Assembly (NCBI GenBank): GCA_029881275.1
Contig: JAOUMX010000003.1
Location: 1-55,744, forward strand
DNA from: Gammaproteobacteria bacterium
GTDB lineage: Bacteria; Pseudomonadota; Gammaproteobacteria; SZUA-229
Length of the DNA stretch: 55,744 nt
Direction of reading: 5' to 3'
Shown in pieces: positions 47,276-55,744 of this stretch. The notes under the pieces were generated by a model that did not search any database, had not been told where the DNA came from, and saw only the letters and a program-made list of their open reading frames with translations. Position 1 is the first letter of the stretch, and every line of letters begins with the position of its first letter. The position numbers and the translations under genes were made by a program.

Positions 47276-47991
47276 ATCTACGCTCCATAATAATGACACT
47301 AACACTATTAAACAGCTGTTTAATCGGTGGCATTACGATGGCGAGCACCAACAAGACATTTCAGAGCCATGAATCCATCCTTTCGGCAGTAAGAACATTT
47401 CTGGAATCACAGAACGAACTTCAGCAATATAAAAAAGTTAATATTCAACTGGGCAGAATTGACCCGCGACTCAAATTAACCCGCTGTGAACAGTCTCTTC
47501 AGCTAAGTCTGGCGCCCGGCAGCGACACAACCGGTAAAACAACAGTCAATATACGCTGTCCATCAGATAGCCCCTGGGGCCTCTATGTCACGGCAACGAT
47601 CAACAAATTCGCCACTGTCTACCAGACCGCTGCTCATCTGAACAAGGGACATATCATTACCGAAGGGGATGTTCAGGCAGTCGAATATAACCTGGCAAAA
47701 CTGAATCAGGGCTATTTCACGGATAAAAAATCACTGATTGGCAAGGAAACCAGACGCCAGCTGATCAAAGGTAAGGTCATACAACCCAATCAGGTTAAGG
47801 AAACGCTGCTGGTTAAACAGGGTGAACAGGTCGCTTTAGTGGCCAAAAGCAGTCGATTTGCTGTGAGAATGCCAGGTAAAGCCTTGATGAATGGTGCATT
47901 GGGCGATCATATTCGCGTCAAAAACATGTCTTCGAAGCGTATAATTGAAGGTAAAGTAACCCGTGCCGGTGAAGTTACTGTATTAAACTAA
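47272..47991 (+). CDS. flgA: Flagellar P-ring assembly chaperone FlgA
   Basis: It has an N-terminal signal-like segment, a SAF-type region ([19 protein letters not shown]) and the C-terminal [27 protein letters not shown]. The start overlaps the MCP stop (ATGA). Alternative internal starts are possible. Confidence 0.85.
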   Translation: MNLRSIIMTLTLLNSCLIGGITMASTNKTFQSHESILSAVRTFLESQNELQQYKKVNIQLGRIDPRLKLTRCEQSLQLSLAPGSDTTGKTTVNIRCPSDSPWGLYVTATINKFATVYQTAAHLNKGHIITEGDVQAVEYNLAKLNQGYFTDKKSLIGKETRRQLIKGKVIQPNQVKETLLVKQGEQVALVAKSSRFAVRMPGKALMNGALGDHIRVKNMSSKRIIEGKVTRAGEVTVLN

Positions 47992-47995
47992 ATAT

Positions 47996-48022
47996 TAAAG
48001 TTTTATACGGGATTGCCGATAA
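47996..48022 (+). promoter_or_regulatory. Sigma-28 (FliA) promoter of flgMN
   Basis: TAAAGTTT-TATACGGGATT-GCCGATAA matches the consensus exactly, with 8/8 in both boxes and an 11-nt spacer. Confidence 0.85.
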
Positions 48023-48054
48023 AGACAAAGAGAGAGAATGATCAGGGAAAAACC

Positions 48055-48366
48055 ATGACTAACCCCATAAATAATATAAATCGTACAGCGACTGATGCGT
48101 TAAGCAACAGTAACGCCAAGACCAAGGCCACTGTTTCCGCTGAGACCGGTACTACAAAGACTCGTCCATCATCGGAAGACACGGTCAGTTTATCGGCGGA
48201 AAGCAGCCAGATAAAAAGCTTACAACAACAACTGGATGCAGTACCAGAAGTTGATATAGAAAAAGTAGACGCTATCAAGCGTGAAATTGCCAAGGGCAAC
48301 TACCCTCTCGATCCTGAACGAATCGCTGAAAATCTGATTAGCCTGGAAAAAGCCTTATCACAATAA
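48055..48366 (+). CDS. flgM: Anti-sigma-28 factor FlgM
   Basis: The C-terminus EVDIEKVDAIKREIAKGNYPLDPERIAENLI is FlgM-like. I chose the start at MTNPINN because the ORF-track start (48013) lies inside the sigma-28 promoter. Confidence 0.8.
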   Translation: MTNPINNINRTATDALSNSNAKTKATVSAETGTTKTRPSSEDTVSLSAESSQIKSLQQQLDAVPEVDIEKVDAIKREIAKGNYPLDPERIAENLISLEKALSQ

Positions 48367-48378
48367 ACTGGAAACAGC

Positions 48379-48828
48379 ATGCAAACAGATATTCTAAATA
48401 TTCACGAAGAGATTGCAGAACATACAGACCATTTACTGACATGCCTGTATAAAGAGCTTGATACTCTTAACGCTCATGATTATAAAGAGCTTGTCTCCAT
48501 TGCATGTGAAAAACAGACTCTGGTTAAAATACTGGATGACCTGGAGAAAAAACGACAGTCTCTGGTAGCAGACAGAAACTATACAGATTATCTAAACCAA
48601 ATTGATAAAAGCGAAACCCTGGCTAATCAATGGAATTCAATTGTTGAAAAAATAAAACAGTGCCATCATCAGAATGAAATAAATGGTCGATTAATTAACA
48701 GATTTAATCAAATTACTCGAGAAACTCTCGATATATTCACAGGCAATACAAACAATGCGGATATAACCTACAGCCCAGAAAGTTTAAAGAAAGGAATAAA
48801 TGCACGAATAACAAATACCCGTGCCTGA
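48379..48828 (+). CDS. flgN: Flagellar chaperone FlgN
   Basis: It is a 149-aa helical protein directly after flgM. CHHQNEINGRLI matches the FlgN-type C..N..NG motif. Confidence 0.7.
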   Translation: MQTDILNIHEEIAEHTDHLLTCLYKELDTLNAHDYKELVSIACEKQTLVKILDDLEKKRQSLVADRNYTDYLNQIDKSETLANQWNSIVEKIKQCHHQNEINGRLINRFNQITRETLDIFTGNTNNADITYSPESLKKGINARITNTRA

Positions 48829-48830
48829 AA

Positions 48831-49535
48831 TTATCTAAACAGTTCCCTGCTCTTCAGTGGTTTCCCACCCAAATAATGGCCCAGTACATAGCGTGTTAAA
48901 ATTTTGATCTGCTTTCTGACGTGAGCGCTACTCAGATCATCCTGTGAAAAGGCCAGCAAACTGGAACCATCAATAACCATCTGATTGCCAGACTGATTAT
49001 TAGATGATAACTCGACCGGACCATGCTCAAGAAAATAAATATATTGTTTCTCCACTGAAATAGATTCACCTGAATCAGCATCCTCAGTGAGATTAATTTC
49101 AAAACCCAGCAATTGCAGTAATTTTTTTTCAAAAAGACGCAGACAAATCTCTATCTGATTAGATCCGGATAAGCAATCCAGTACCTGCTGATATAATAAA
49201 AAAACATCATCATGAACATCATGTTTATGAAGTAATTTTACTAATAACTCATTAACATAAAAAGCACTTAAAAGAGCATCACCAGCCAGCACTGGCCCGC
49301 TTAGTGATGCCACCTCAGCAGCAGTAAGCAGCGGCATTTCACCTTTACCACTCCAGGACAAAAACAATAACTGAAATGGCCGTAAAATACTTTTTAATTT
49401 TGATTTTGGTGCAGCACCACCACGACTGACAACCGTCAGACGACCATAATCCTTTGTAAACAGATCAAGAATTAAACTGTTATCACGAAAAGGTCGTTGA
49501 TGAAGTATATATGCAGACTGGTCCTGTATCCTCAT
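48831..49535 (-). CDS. recO: DNA repair protein RecO
   Basis: AYILHQRPFRDNSLILDLFTKDYGRLTVVSRG matches RecO. It lies downstream of era. Confidence 0.9.
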   Translation of the reverse strand: MRIQDQSAYILHQRPFRDNSLILDLFTKDYGRLTVVSRGGAAPKSKLKSILRPFQLLFLSWSGKGEMPLLTAAEVASLSGPVLAGDALLSAFYVNELLVKLLHKHDVHDDVFLLYQQVLDCLSGSNQIEICLRLFEKKLLQLLGFEINLTEDADSGESISVEKQYIYFLEHGPVELSSNNQSGNQMVIDGSSLLAFSQDDLSSAHVRKQIKILTRYVLGHYLGGKPLKSRELFR

Positions 49536-49540
49536 AACTA

Positions 49541-50446
49541 TTAATCATCATTGATATAACCAAGGCTGCGCAAGGCGGCCTCATCATCTGACCAACCTGC
49601 TTTTACCTTAACCCATAACTGCAAAAACACTTTCTGCCCCAATAACTCTTCCATCTCTATTCGAGCTTTTGTACCGATACTTTTCAGACGACCACCTTTG
49701 CTGCCAATAATAATAGCTTTCTGACCTTTTGTTTCGACCAGTATGGCTGCATGTATACGAGTTATCTTTTCTTCTTCTTTATAGCTTTCAATTTCAACTG
49801 TTGACTGATACGGTAATTCATCACCCAGCTCCCTGACCAGTTTCTCCCTGATTAATTCTGCAACCAGAAATTTTGAGCTTCGATCAGTAAAATCATCTTC
49901 ATCATAATAAGGTGGATTCTCTGGCAACAACTCAGCAATCGCCTGTTCCAGCTGTTTAACATTATCACCTTTCATCGCCGACACCGGCATAATCAATTTA
50001 AAATCAAATTTATCATTCAACTTCTGCAAAAAAGGAAATAACGCTTCTTTTTCTTTTACAGTATCAACTTTATTGACCACTAGAATAACCGGCTTATCAA
50101 GATCCTTTAGTTTATCCAGCACCATTTGATCTTCATCTGTCCAGACCATTGCCTGCACAACAAAAAGCAGCACATCAACATCATAAATAACCGAACTGGC
50201 TGCTTTATTCATGTAACGATTAATGGCTTTTTTACCACCCGAATGCATGCCGGGTGTATCAACATAAATAAACTGACTACTGGCAGATGTCTTTATACCC
50301 AGTATCTGATGCCGTGTTGTTTGTGGCTTACGTGATGTAATACTGAGTTTAACGCCGAGAATATGATTCAATAATGTAGACTTTCCTACATTAGGGCGTC
50401 CTATTATAGCGACATAACCACATCTAAAATTATTTGCTGAATTCAT
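49541..50446 (-). CDS. era: GTPase Era
   Basis: It has G1 [14 protein letters not shown] and NKVD motifs, and a C-terminal KH domain ([13 protein letters not shown]). Confidence 0.97.
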   Translation of the reverse strand: MNSANNFRCGYVAIIGRPNVGKSTLLNHILGVKLSITSRKPQTTRHQILGIKTSASSQFIYVDTPGMHSGGKKAINRYMNKAASSVIYDVDVLLFVVQAMVWTDEDQMVLDKLKDLDKPVILVVNKVDTVKEKEALFPFLQKLNDKFDFKLIMPVSAMKGDNVKQLEQAIAELLPENPPYYDEDDFTDRSSKFLVAELIREKLVRELGDELPYQSTVEIESYKEEEKITRIHAAILVETKGQKAIIIGSKGGRLKSIGTKARIEMEELLGQKVFLQLWVKVKAGWSDDEAALRSLGYINDD

Positions 50447-50448
50447 AA

Positions 50449-51150
50449 TTATTTATTGCTCAAATTAATTTTCAGTTCAGCTGCCGCAATAGCTTCTATA
50501 GCCGCTTTTTGCTCAGCTTTTCTACGACTATTAGCTTTACCATGTGATTCGATATCAAGCTCATTAATGGAACAGGTCACAACAAATGTCTGACTATGAG
50601 CCTTACCGGAAATGTCAGTAACCTCATAAACAGGCAAAGACAGTTTCCGCGACTGTAGCAGTTCCTGCAGGCGTGTTTTAGGATCTTTTAATGTTGCTGG
50701 ATCAGGCACATCACCCAACAGTTCTTCATAAAGATGGAGCACCAGTTCCCTGCTTAGTTCAAAACCGCCATCAACATAAACAGCACCAATAAGAGCTTCT
50801 ACGGTATCAGCCAGAATTGAGTCACGTCGAAAGCCACCGCTTTTCAGCTCACCGCTACCAAGAATAAGATATTCACCAAGATTTAGAATTTTTGCAATTT
50901 TAGCCAGACTATCTTTATTAACCAGCGATGCGCGCAACCGACTTAAGTCACCTTCAGGGTATTGTGGATAGCGGGTAAATAACTGATCAGCGATAACAAA
51001 ATTAAGAATACTATCCCCCAGAAACTCAAGGCGTTCGTAATTTTTCGCTCCGACGCTACGATGTGTTAATGCTTCAACTAAAAGCTCAGAATTCCCAAAT
51101 TCATATCCCAGAATATTGATGAGACCACTAAGACTTGATGACAGTTTCAT
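50449..51150 (-). CDS. rnc: Ribonuclease III
   Basis: It has the signature [13 protein letters not shown] and the C-terminal dsRBD motif [13 protein letters not shown]. Confidence 0.97.
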   Translation of the reverse strand: MKLSSSLSGLINILGYEFGNSELLVEALTHRSVGAKNYERLEFLGDSILNFVIADQLFTRYPQYPEGDLSRLRASLVNKDSLAKIAKILNLGEYLILGSGELKSGGFRRDSILADTVEALIGAVYVDGGFELSRELVLHLYEELLGDVPDPATLKDPKTRLQELLQSRKLSLPVYEVTDISGKAHSQTFVVTCSINELDIESHGKANSRRKAEQKAAIEAIAAAELKINLSNK

Positions 51151-51163
51151 CTAGATAAATAGG

Positions 51164-51544
51164 CTAATTCTGGCGCAATGGCAGAACAACCTCATGTTGA
51201 AATGTAGCGACAAATTCAAGATTCCCAAAAATAGGCCCGCGTTCTTCATAATTCATAACTAGAACCAAACCTTTCTTGGCCTTTTCAAATTTAAAGGCGT
51301 CTTTATTATTTCTAAGAATATAAAGATTATTAATATCCAGCCTTTTGCCTAGTATATCTTTAATTTCTTTTGGTGATTTACCTGCAACGTCTGGATCTCT
51401 GACCAAGTTATCCATTATTGATTTTGCAGAATTATAATTCATATATAAAGGAATTATCCGTAATGCCATCATGCCCTGCACGCCTAAGAATGCTATAACA
51501 ATAATCCATGAAATAGCCGTTAAGCCACGCTGTTTTTTTAACAT
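51164..51544 (-). CDS. Small membrane protein (DUF4845-like) between lepB and rnc
   Basis: MLKKQRGLTAISWIIVIAFLGVQGMMALRIIPLYMNY shows a single N-terminal TM helix. The position matches my recollection of the DUF4845 gene in Pseudomonas-type lepB-rnc loci. I chose the start at 51544 to avoid overlapping lepB. Confidence 0.6.
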   Translation of the reverse strand: MLKKQRGLTAISWIIVIAFLGVQGMMALRIIPLYMNYNSAKSIMDNLVRDPDVAGKSPKEIKDILGKRLDINNLYILRNNKDAFKFEKAKKGLVLVMNYEERGPIFGNLEFVATFQHEVVLPLRQN

Positions 51545-51557
51545 AATTGAACTCCGG

Positions 51558-52352
51558 TTATTTAATAAAAGTTCCAATTCGTTTCCACTCAATACCTGAA
51601 CTCCAGTTCATCCAGATCATGAATGCTTTACCTACCAGATATTTATCCGGGACTACACCCCAATAACGACTGTCATTACTATTATCACGATTATCACCCA
51701 TCATGAAATAATGGCCTTCAGGTACTATATATTCCGCATCGAGACTTGGACGCCCAGGAATCAGCAACATGGCATGACTTCTATCTTCCAGTTTTTCAAT
51801 ATATTCTTTTGCCGTGTTCTCTTCACCTGGCCCATCATAAGTAGAAACATATTCACGTTTCACAGGCTTACCATTTACATAAAGAACCTTGTTATAATAA
51901 GCAACATGATCGCCCGGCAAACCGATTACCCGTTTTATATAATCGACTGATGGGTCACGAGGGTAACGAAACACAACCACATCACCACGTGACGGATTAT
52001 CTATCTCAATAATTTTAGCATTCAGTACTGGTAAACGAATCCCATAAGAGAACTTATTGACCAGAATAAAATCGCCAATATACAAGGAAGGAATCATTGA
52101 ACCTGAAGGAATTCTAAAAGGCTCTATCAGAAAACCTCTTAGCAAAAACACAATTAACAACACTGGAAAAAATGATTTCGCGTATTCAACAACAACTGGC
52201 TCACCTTTACGGCCACCCGACATCGCGCCTTCAACACTGTATTCAAATGGATTGTCTTTTCTTTTTGGTGCCCATACCCAGGCATCTAGCGCCCAGATCA
52301 CACCGGTGATGAGTGTCCCCATAAAAAGAAAAAAAGCAAAATCATACGTCAT
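51558..52352 (-). CDS. lepB: Signal peptidase I LepB
   Basis: It has the catalytic motif IPSGSMIPSL, plus GDFILVNKF, YIKRVIGLPGD and MMGDNRDNSNDSRYWG. Confidence 0.95.
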   Translation of the reverse strand: MTYDFAFFLFMGTLITGVIWALDAWVWAPKRKDNPFEYSVEGAMSGGRKGEPVVVEYAKSFFPVLLIVFLLRGFLIEPFRIPSGSMIPSLYIGDFILVNKFSYGIRLPVLNAKIIEIDNPSRGDVVVFRYPRDPSVDYIKRVIGLPGDHVAYYNKVLYVNGKPVKREYVSTYDGPGEENTAKEYIEKLEDRSHAMLLIPGRPSLDAEYIVPEGHYFMMGDNRDNSNDSRYWGVVPDKYLVGKAFMIWMNWSSGIEWKRIGTFIK

Positions 52353-52383
52353 ATAGAAATTCTCTATTTATTCTTATATTTAA

Positions 52384-54177
52384 TCAGCTATTATCGACTT
52401 TAAGCACTGCAAGGAAGGCATCCTGTGGAATTTCTACTTTCCCAAATTGCTTCATACGCTTTTTACCTTTCTTTTGCTTATCCAGTAATTTTCGTTTACG
52501 ACTAACATCACCACCGTAACATTTAGCGGTTACATTTTTACGTAAAGCTTTTACTGTACTACGTGCGATAATATTACGGCCTATAGCCGCCTGAATCGCA
52601 ATATCAAACATCTGCCGTGGTATTAGCTCACGCATTTTTTCAGCTATCTCCCGACCACGACGCTGTGACTGATCCGCATGTATGATAACAGCTAAGGCAT
52701 CCACTTTTTCATTGTTGATTAAAATATCAACTTTTACCAGATTTGCCGCCTGAAAACGCTTTAATTCATAATCAAAGGAAGCATAACCCCTACTCACTGA
52801 TTTTAGACGATCAAAAAAATCTAGCACAACTTCACTCAAGGGCATTTCATAGGTTAACGCAACCTGAGTACCCATATATTGCATATTCAGCTGCACGCCA
52901 CGCTTTTCGATACACAGGCTAATCACATTACCGACATAATCCTGAGGCAGAAGAATATTTGCCTGAATAATGGGTTCACGGATTTCCTCGATCAGATTCA
53001 CTTCAGGCAAATCAGCAGGATTATGAATCTGCAGGACTTCACCCCGGGTGGTTTCCACTTCATAGACCACTGTCGGTGCTGTGGTAATCAGATCCAGATC
53101 ATATTCACGTTCCAGCCTTTCCTGCACAATTTCCATATGCAGCATACCGAGAAAACCTATACGGAAGCCAAAACCCAGTGCTGATGATGTTTCAGGTTCA
53201 AACTGCAAAGAGGCGTCATTCAGACGTAATTTCGACAATGCCTCCCGGAAATTATCGTAATCATCGGTTTCCACCGGGAACATACCGGCAAATACGCGGG
53301 GCTGAACTTCTTTAAAACCGGGTAAGGCCTTATCTGTTGGCCGATCCACCAGCGTTATGGTGTCACCAACACGGGCTGAATCAATTTCTTTCATGCCGGC
53401 AATAATATAACCCACCTGCCCGGCTGAAAGCTCGCTGGTTTCCGTGCGTTTTGGTGTAAAAACACCAACATTATCAACGTGATAACCCCGTCCCGTGGAC
53501 ATCACCAGCATTTTGTTACTCTTGCGAATTCGCCCCTGTTTGATACGGACCAGTATGATGACACCTACATAGGCATCGAACCAGGAATCAATAATTAATG
53601 CCTGTAATGGCGCATCTGCATCACCCTCAGGTGCCGGGATGCGTGTTACCAGCTGTTCCAGTAAATCCTCAACCCCAATACCGGATTTTGCACTTACCAG
53701 GCAGGCGTCCTTGGCCTCAATGCCGATAATATCTTCAATTTCTTTAATCACGCGAGCAGGTTCAGCGGCTGGCAGGTCGATTTTATTTAGTACAGGCACC
53801 ACTTCCAGCCCCAGATCAAGGGCGGTATAACAGTTGGCCACACTTTGTGCCTCAACACCTTGTGATGCGTCGACAATCAGCAATGCACCTTCACAGGCTT
53901 CCAGAGACCGGGAAACTTCATAGGAAAAATCCACATGTCCCGGTGTATCAATCATATTCAGCTGATAGACTCGCCCATCTCTGGCTTTGTATTGAAGAGA
54001 AACGCTTTGTGCCTTAATGGTAATACCGCGCTCACGCTCGATATCCATACTATCAAGCACCTGCGACTCCATCTCGCGCTCAGTTAAACCACCACAAATC
54101 TGGATAAATCGGTCAGCTAATGTGGATTTACCATGATCTATATGGGCAATAATGGAAAAATTTCGAATGTTCTGCAT
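52384..54177 (-). CDS. lepA: Elongation factor 4 (LepA)
   Basis: [28 protein letters not shown] and NKIDL are GTPase motifs, and the characteristic LepA C-terminal domain is present. Confidence 0.98.
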   Translation of the reverse strand: MQNIRNFSIIAHIDHGKSTLADRFIQICGGLTEREMESQVLDSMDIERERGITIKAQSVSLQYKARDGRVYQLNMIDTPGHVDFSYEVSRSLEACEGALLIVDASQGVEAQSVANCYTALDLGLEVVPVLNKIDLPAAEPARVIKEIEDIIGIEAKDACLVSAKSGIGVEDLLEQLVTRIPAPEGDADAPLQALIIDSWFDAYVGVIILVRIKQGRIRKSNKMLVMSTGRGYHVDNVGVFTPKRTETSELSAGQVGYIIAGMKEIDSARVGDTITLVDRPTDKALPGFKEVQPRVFAGMFPVETDDYDNFREALSKLRLNDASLQFEPETSSALGFGFRIGFLGMLHMEIVQERLEREYDLDLITTAPTVVYEVETTRGEVLQIHNPADLPEVNLIEEIREPIIQANILLPQDYVGNVISLCIEKRGVQLNMQYMGTQVALTYEMPLSEVVLDFFDRLKSVSRGYASFDYELKRFQAANLVKVDILINNEKVDALAVIIHADQSQRRGREIAEKMRELIPRQMFDIAIQAAIGRNIIARSTVKALRKNVTAKCYGGDVSRKRKLLDKQKKGKKRMKQFGKVEIPQDAFLAVLKVDNS

Positions 54178-54422
54178 CAGTTGTTCGTGCTACTCAGAAT
54201 CTGCTCTATGGCAGCCATATCCAGAAAATAATGGCAAACCTTCCTGTCACCATACATTACAACAGGCACTTCTGTGCCATATTGCTCTACCAATTTGGTG
54301 TCGGAGTCTACATCTAACGGCACTATTTCAAAAGCATAACTTCCTCGTAATTGCCCTAATTGCCACAATAAATCCTCACATAAGTGGCAACCCTGTCGAA
54401 TATAGACCCTGAACGTAACCAT
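54177..54422 (-). CDS. Glutaredoxin-like small protein (DUF836-type, CxxC)
   Basis: It is 81 aa, has a CHLC motif near the N-terminus ([12 protein letters not shown]), and is thioredoxin-fold sized. It overlaps both neighbours by 1 nt (TAATG and TGATG). Confidence 0.6.
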   Translation of the reverse strand: MVTFRVYIRQGCHLCEDLLWQLGQLRGSYAFEIVPLDVDSDTKLVEQYGTEVPVVMYGDRKVCHYFLDMAAIEQILSSTNN

Positions 54423-55744
54423 TAACCCTCAGGCAGGCTGATGACGATAAACTGATCTGCATCATCGCGATGCACCAGAACCGGCACCTTCTTGCCTTCC
54501 GGCAGACCCAGCACTTTCTTTTTAAAGTCGGCCACATGCTGAACGCTGGACTGATTAATCTGCAGAATAATATCACCCTCTTTCAACCCGGCGGCCTGGG
54601 CAATACTGTTGGGTGCCACTCTTTCAATTTTCACACCGCGTCCCAGATCTGATTTTTCGGACTTGCTCAGTTCAACCACAGCAACACCTATACGATTCTC
54701 TCTGGTCGACTGCTGTTTGGCCACCACGGGCTTTTCCTCCTCAGGCAGGGCATCAATAACCACCTTCAAGGTTTTATATTTGCCTTCACGCAACAGTTTT
54801 AGCTCCGCCGTCGAGCCAACAGGCACACGCCCGACCATTGGCGGCAAATCTGAAGAATCAATAATGGCCTTATCGTTAAACGCGACAATCACATCACCGG
54901 CCTTGATGCCGTGTTTTTCCGCCGGACTATTTTCAATTACCTGAGACACCAGCGCACCCTGAGGCTTATCGAGACCAAAAGACTCGGCCAGCTCCTGGGT
55001 AATTTCCTGGATATAGACACCTAACCAGCCTCTGCTCACCGAGCCTTTAGTTTTGATTTGCTCAACCACATCCATAGCCACATCAATAGGAATAGCAAAT
55101 GACAAGCCCATAAAACCACCGGTACGGCTGTATATCTGCGAATTGATACCAATCACTTCGCCGTCCAGATTAAATAAAGGACCACCGGAATTACCCGGAT
55201 TAATCGCCACGTCGGTCTGAATAAATGGCACATAATTAGCACTTGGTAAACTGCGTCCCTTGGCACTGACAATGCCTGCTGTCACTGAATGATCAAAGCC
55301 AAAAGGCGAGCCTATCGCCAGCACCCAGGAACCGACTTTTATTTTCTCGGCACTACCGGTCTTAACAACGGGAAGATTCCTGGCTTCGACTTTTAACAAG
55401 GCAATATCAGTATATTTATCTGTACCAATAACCTTGGCTATTAATTCACGCTTATCACTCAAACGGACAAAAATCTCATCGGCATCGGCAACTACATGAT
55501 GATTGGTGATCACATAACCATCTTTGGAAAGAATAAAACCTGAACCCAGGGATTGAGAATCCTCAGGCATCTGCGGCATACCATCTTCACCAAAGAATTT
55601 TTTAAAAAAATCACCAAAAGGTGAATGTTCAGGAATATCCAGGTGCTCCCATTGATCAGGGGATTTTTTCTGTACCGTACTGATATTCACAACAGCAGGG
55701 CTATTTTGTTCCACCAGCTCGACAAAATCAGGCAATGACTGGGC
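54422..55744 (-). CDS. mucD: Periplasmic serine endoprotease of the DegP/MucD family. The N-terminal signal region lies beyond the window edge.
   Basis: PDFVELVEQNSPAVVNIST..GSGFILSKDGYVITNHHVV..TDVAINPGNSGGPLFN is a trypsin-like catalytic domain. Two PDZ domains follow. The frame is open to the window edge. Confidence 0.9.
   Translation of the reverse strand, partial: AQSLPDFVELVEQNSPAVVNISTVQKKSPDQWEHLDIPEHSPFGDFFKKFFGEDGMPQMPEDSQSLGSGFILSKDGYVITNHHVVADADEIFVRLSDKRELIAKVIGTDKYTDIALLKVEARNLPVVKTGSAEKIKVGSWVLAIGSPFGFDHSVTAGIVSAKGRSLPSANYVPFIQTDVAINPGNSGGPLFNLDGEVIGINSQIYSRTGGFMGLSFAIPIDVAMDVVEQIKTKGSVSRGWLGVYIQEITQELAESFGLDKPQGALVSQVIENSPAEKHGIKAGDVIVAFNDKAIIDSSDLPPMVGRVPVGSTAELKLLREGKYKTLKVVIDALPEEEKPVVAKQQSTRENRIGVAVVELSKSEKSDLGRGVKIERVAPNSIAQAAGLKEGDIILQINQSSVQHVADFKKKVLGLPEGKKVPVLVHRDDADQFIVISLPEG

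Overview
This 55.7-kb window comes from a moderately AT-rich gammaproteobacterium whose gene order resembles Pseudomonas and Oceanospirillales. Coordinates 1-48.8 kb form one contiguous flagellar and chemosensory region, almost all on the minus strand. In transcription order (high to low coordinates) it reads: cheV-cheR, flgBCDEFGH, flgIJKL, one giant flagellin gene, flaG-fliD-fliS-fliT, fleQ-fleS-fleR, fliEFGHIJ and fliK. A 13-gene Che2/F7-like chemosensory operon follows: cheY-cheA-cheW-MCP-cheW-parA-STAS-cheR-cheD-cheB-MCP-STAS-response regulator. A short plus-strand unit (soluble CZB-type MCP, flgA, flgM, flgN) diverges from cheV. The right end (48.8-55.7 kb) is housekeeping: recO-era-rnc-DUF4845-lepB-lepA, a glutaredoxin-like gene, and mucD/degP, which is cut by the window edge. 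I found no tRNA, rRNA, CRISPR array, IS element, prophage or recognisable defence genes.

Readable regulatory signals:
- Sigma-28 promoters lie upstream of flgM (a perfect match), the flagellin gene and, more weakly, cheY.
- Sigma-54 promoters lie upstream of flgB, fleS and, more weakly, fliK and flgI.

Most interesting observations:
1. Every extracellular axial protein (FlgE, FlgK, FlgL, flagellin, FliD) is enlarged. The enlargements carry related Thr/Ala/Asn-rich IN-motif-like modules, including a ~125-aa module shared by FlgK and FlgL.
2. A ParA-like ATPase is translationally coupled to a STAS-domain protein with a lysine-rich N-terminal tail. The pair sits inside the Aer2-type chemosensory operon and is a candidate array-positioning pair of a type I do not know to be described.
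3. A 1059-aa chemoreceptor combines an Aer-type PAS, a NIT-like periplasmic domain and an Aer2-type heme-PAS.
4. CheD and a small MCP share the C-terminal hexapeptide GEIELF.
5. A C10 homopolymer lies in the 5' end of cheD.
6. An inverted heptamer-repeat array lies just 3' of fleQ.
7. A 332-bp structured spacer with an intrinsic terminator and a probable sigma-54 promoter splits flgH from flgI.

All calls rest on reading the supplied translations and sequence. No database search was run.
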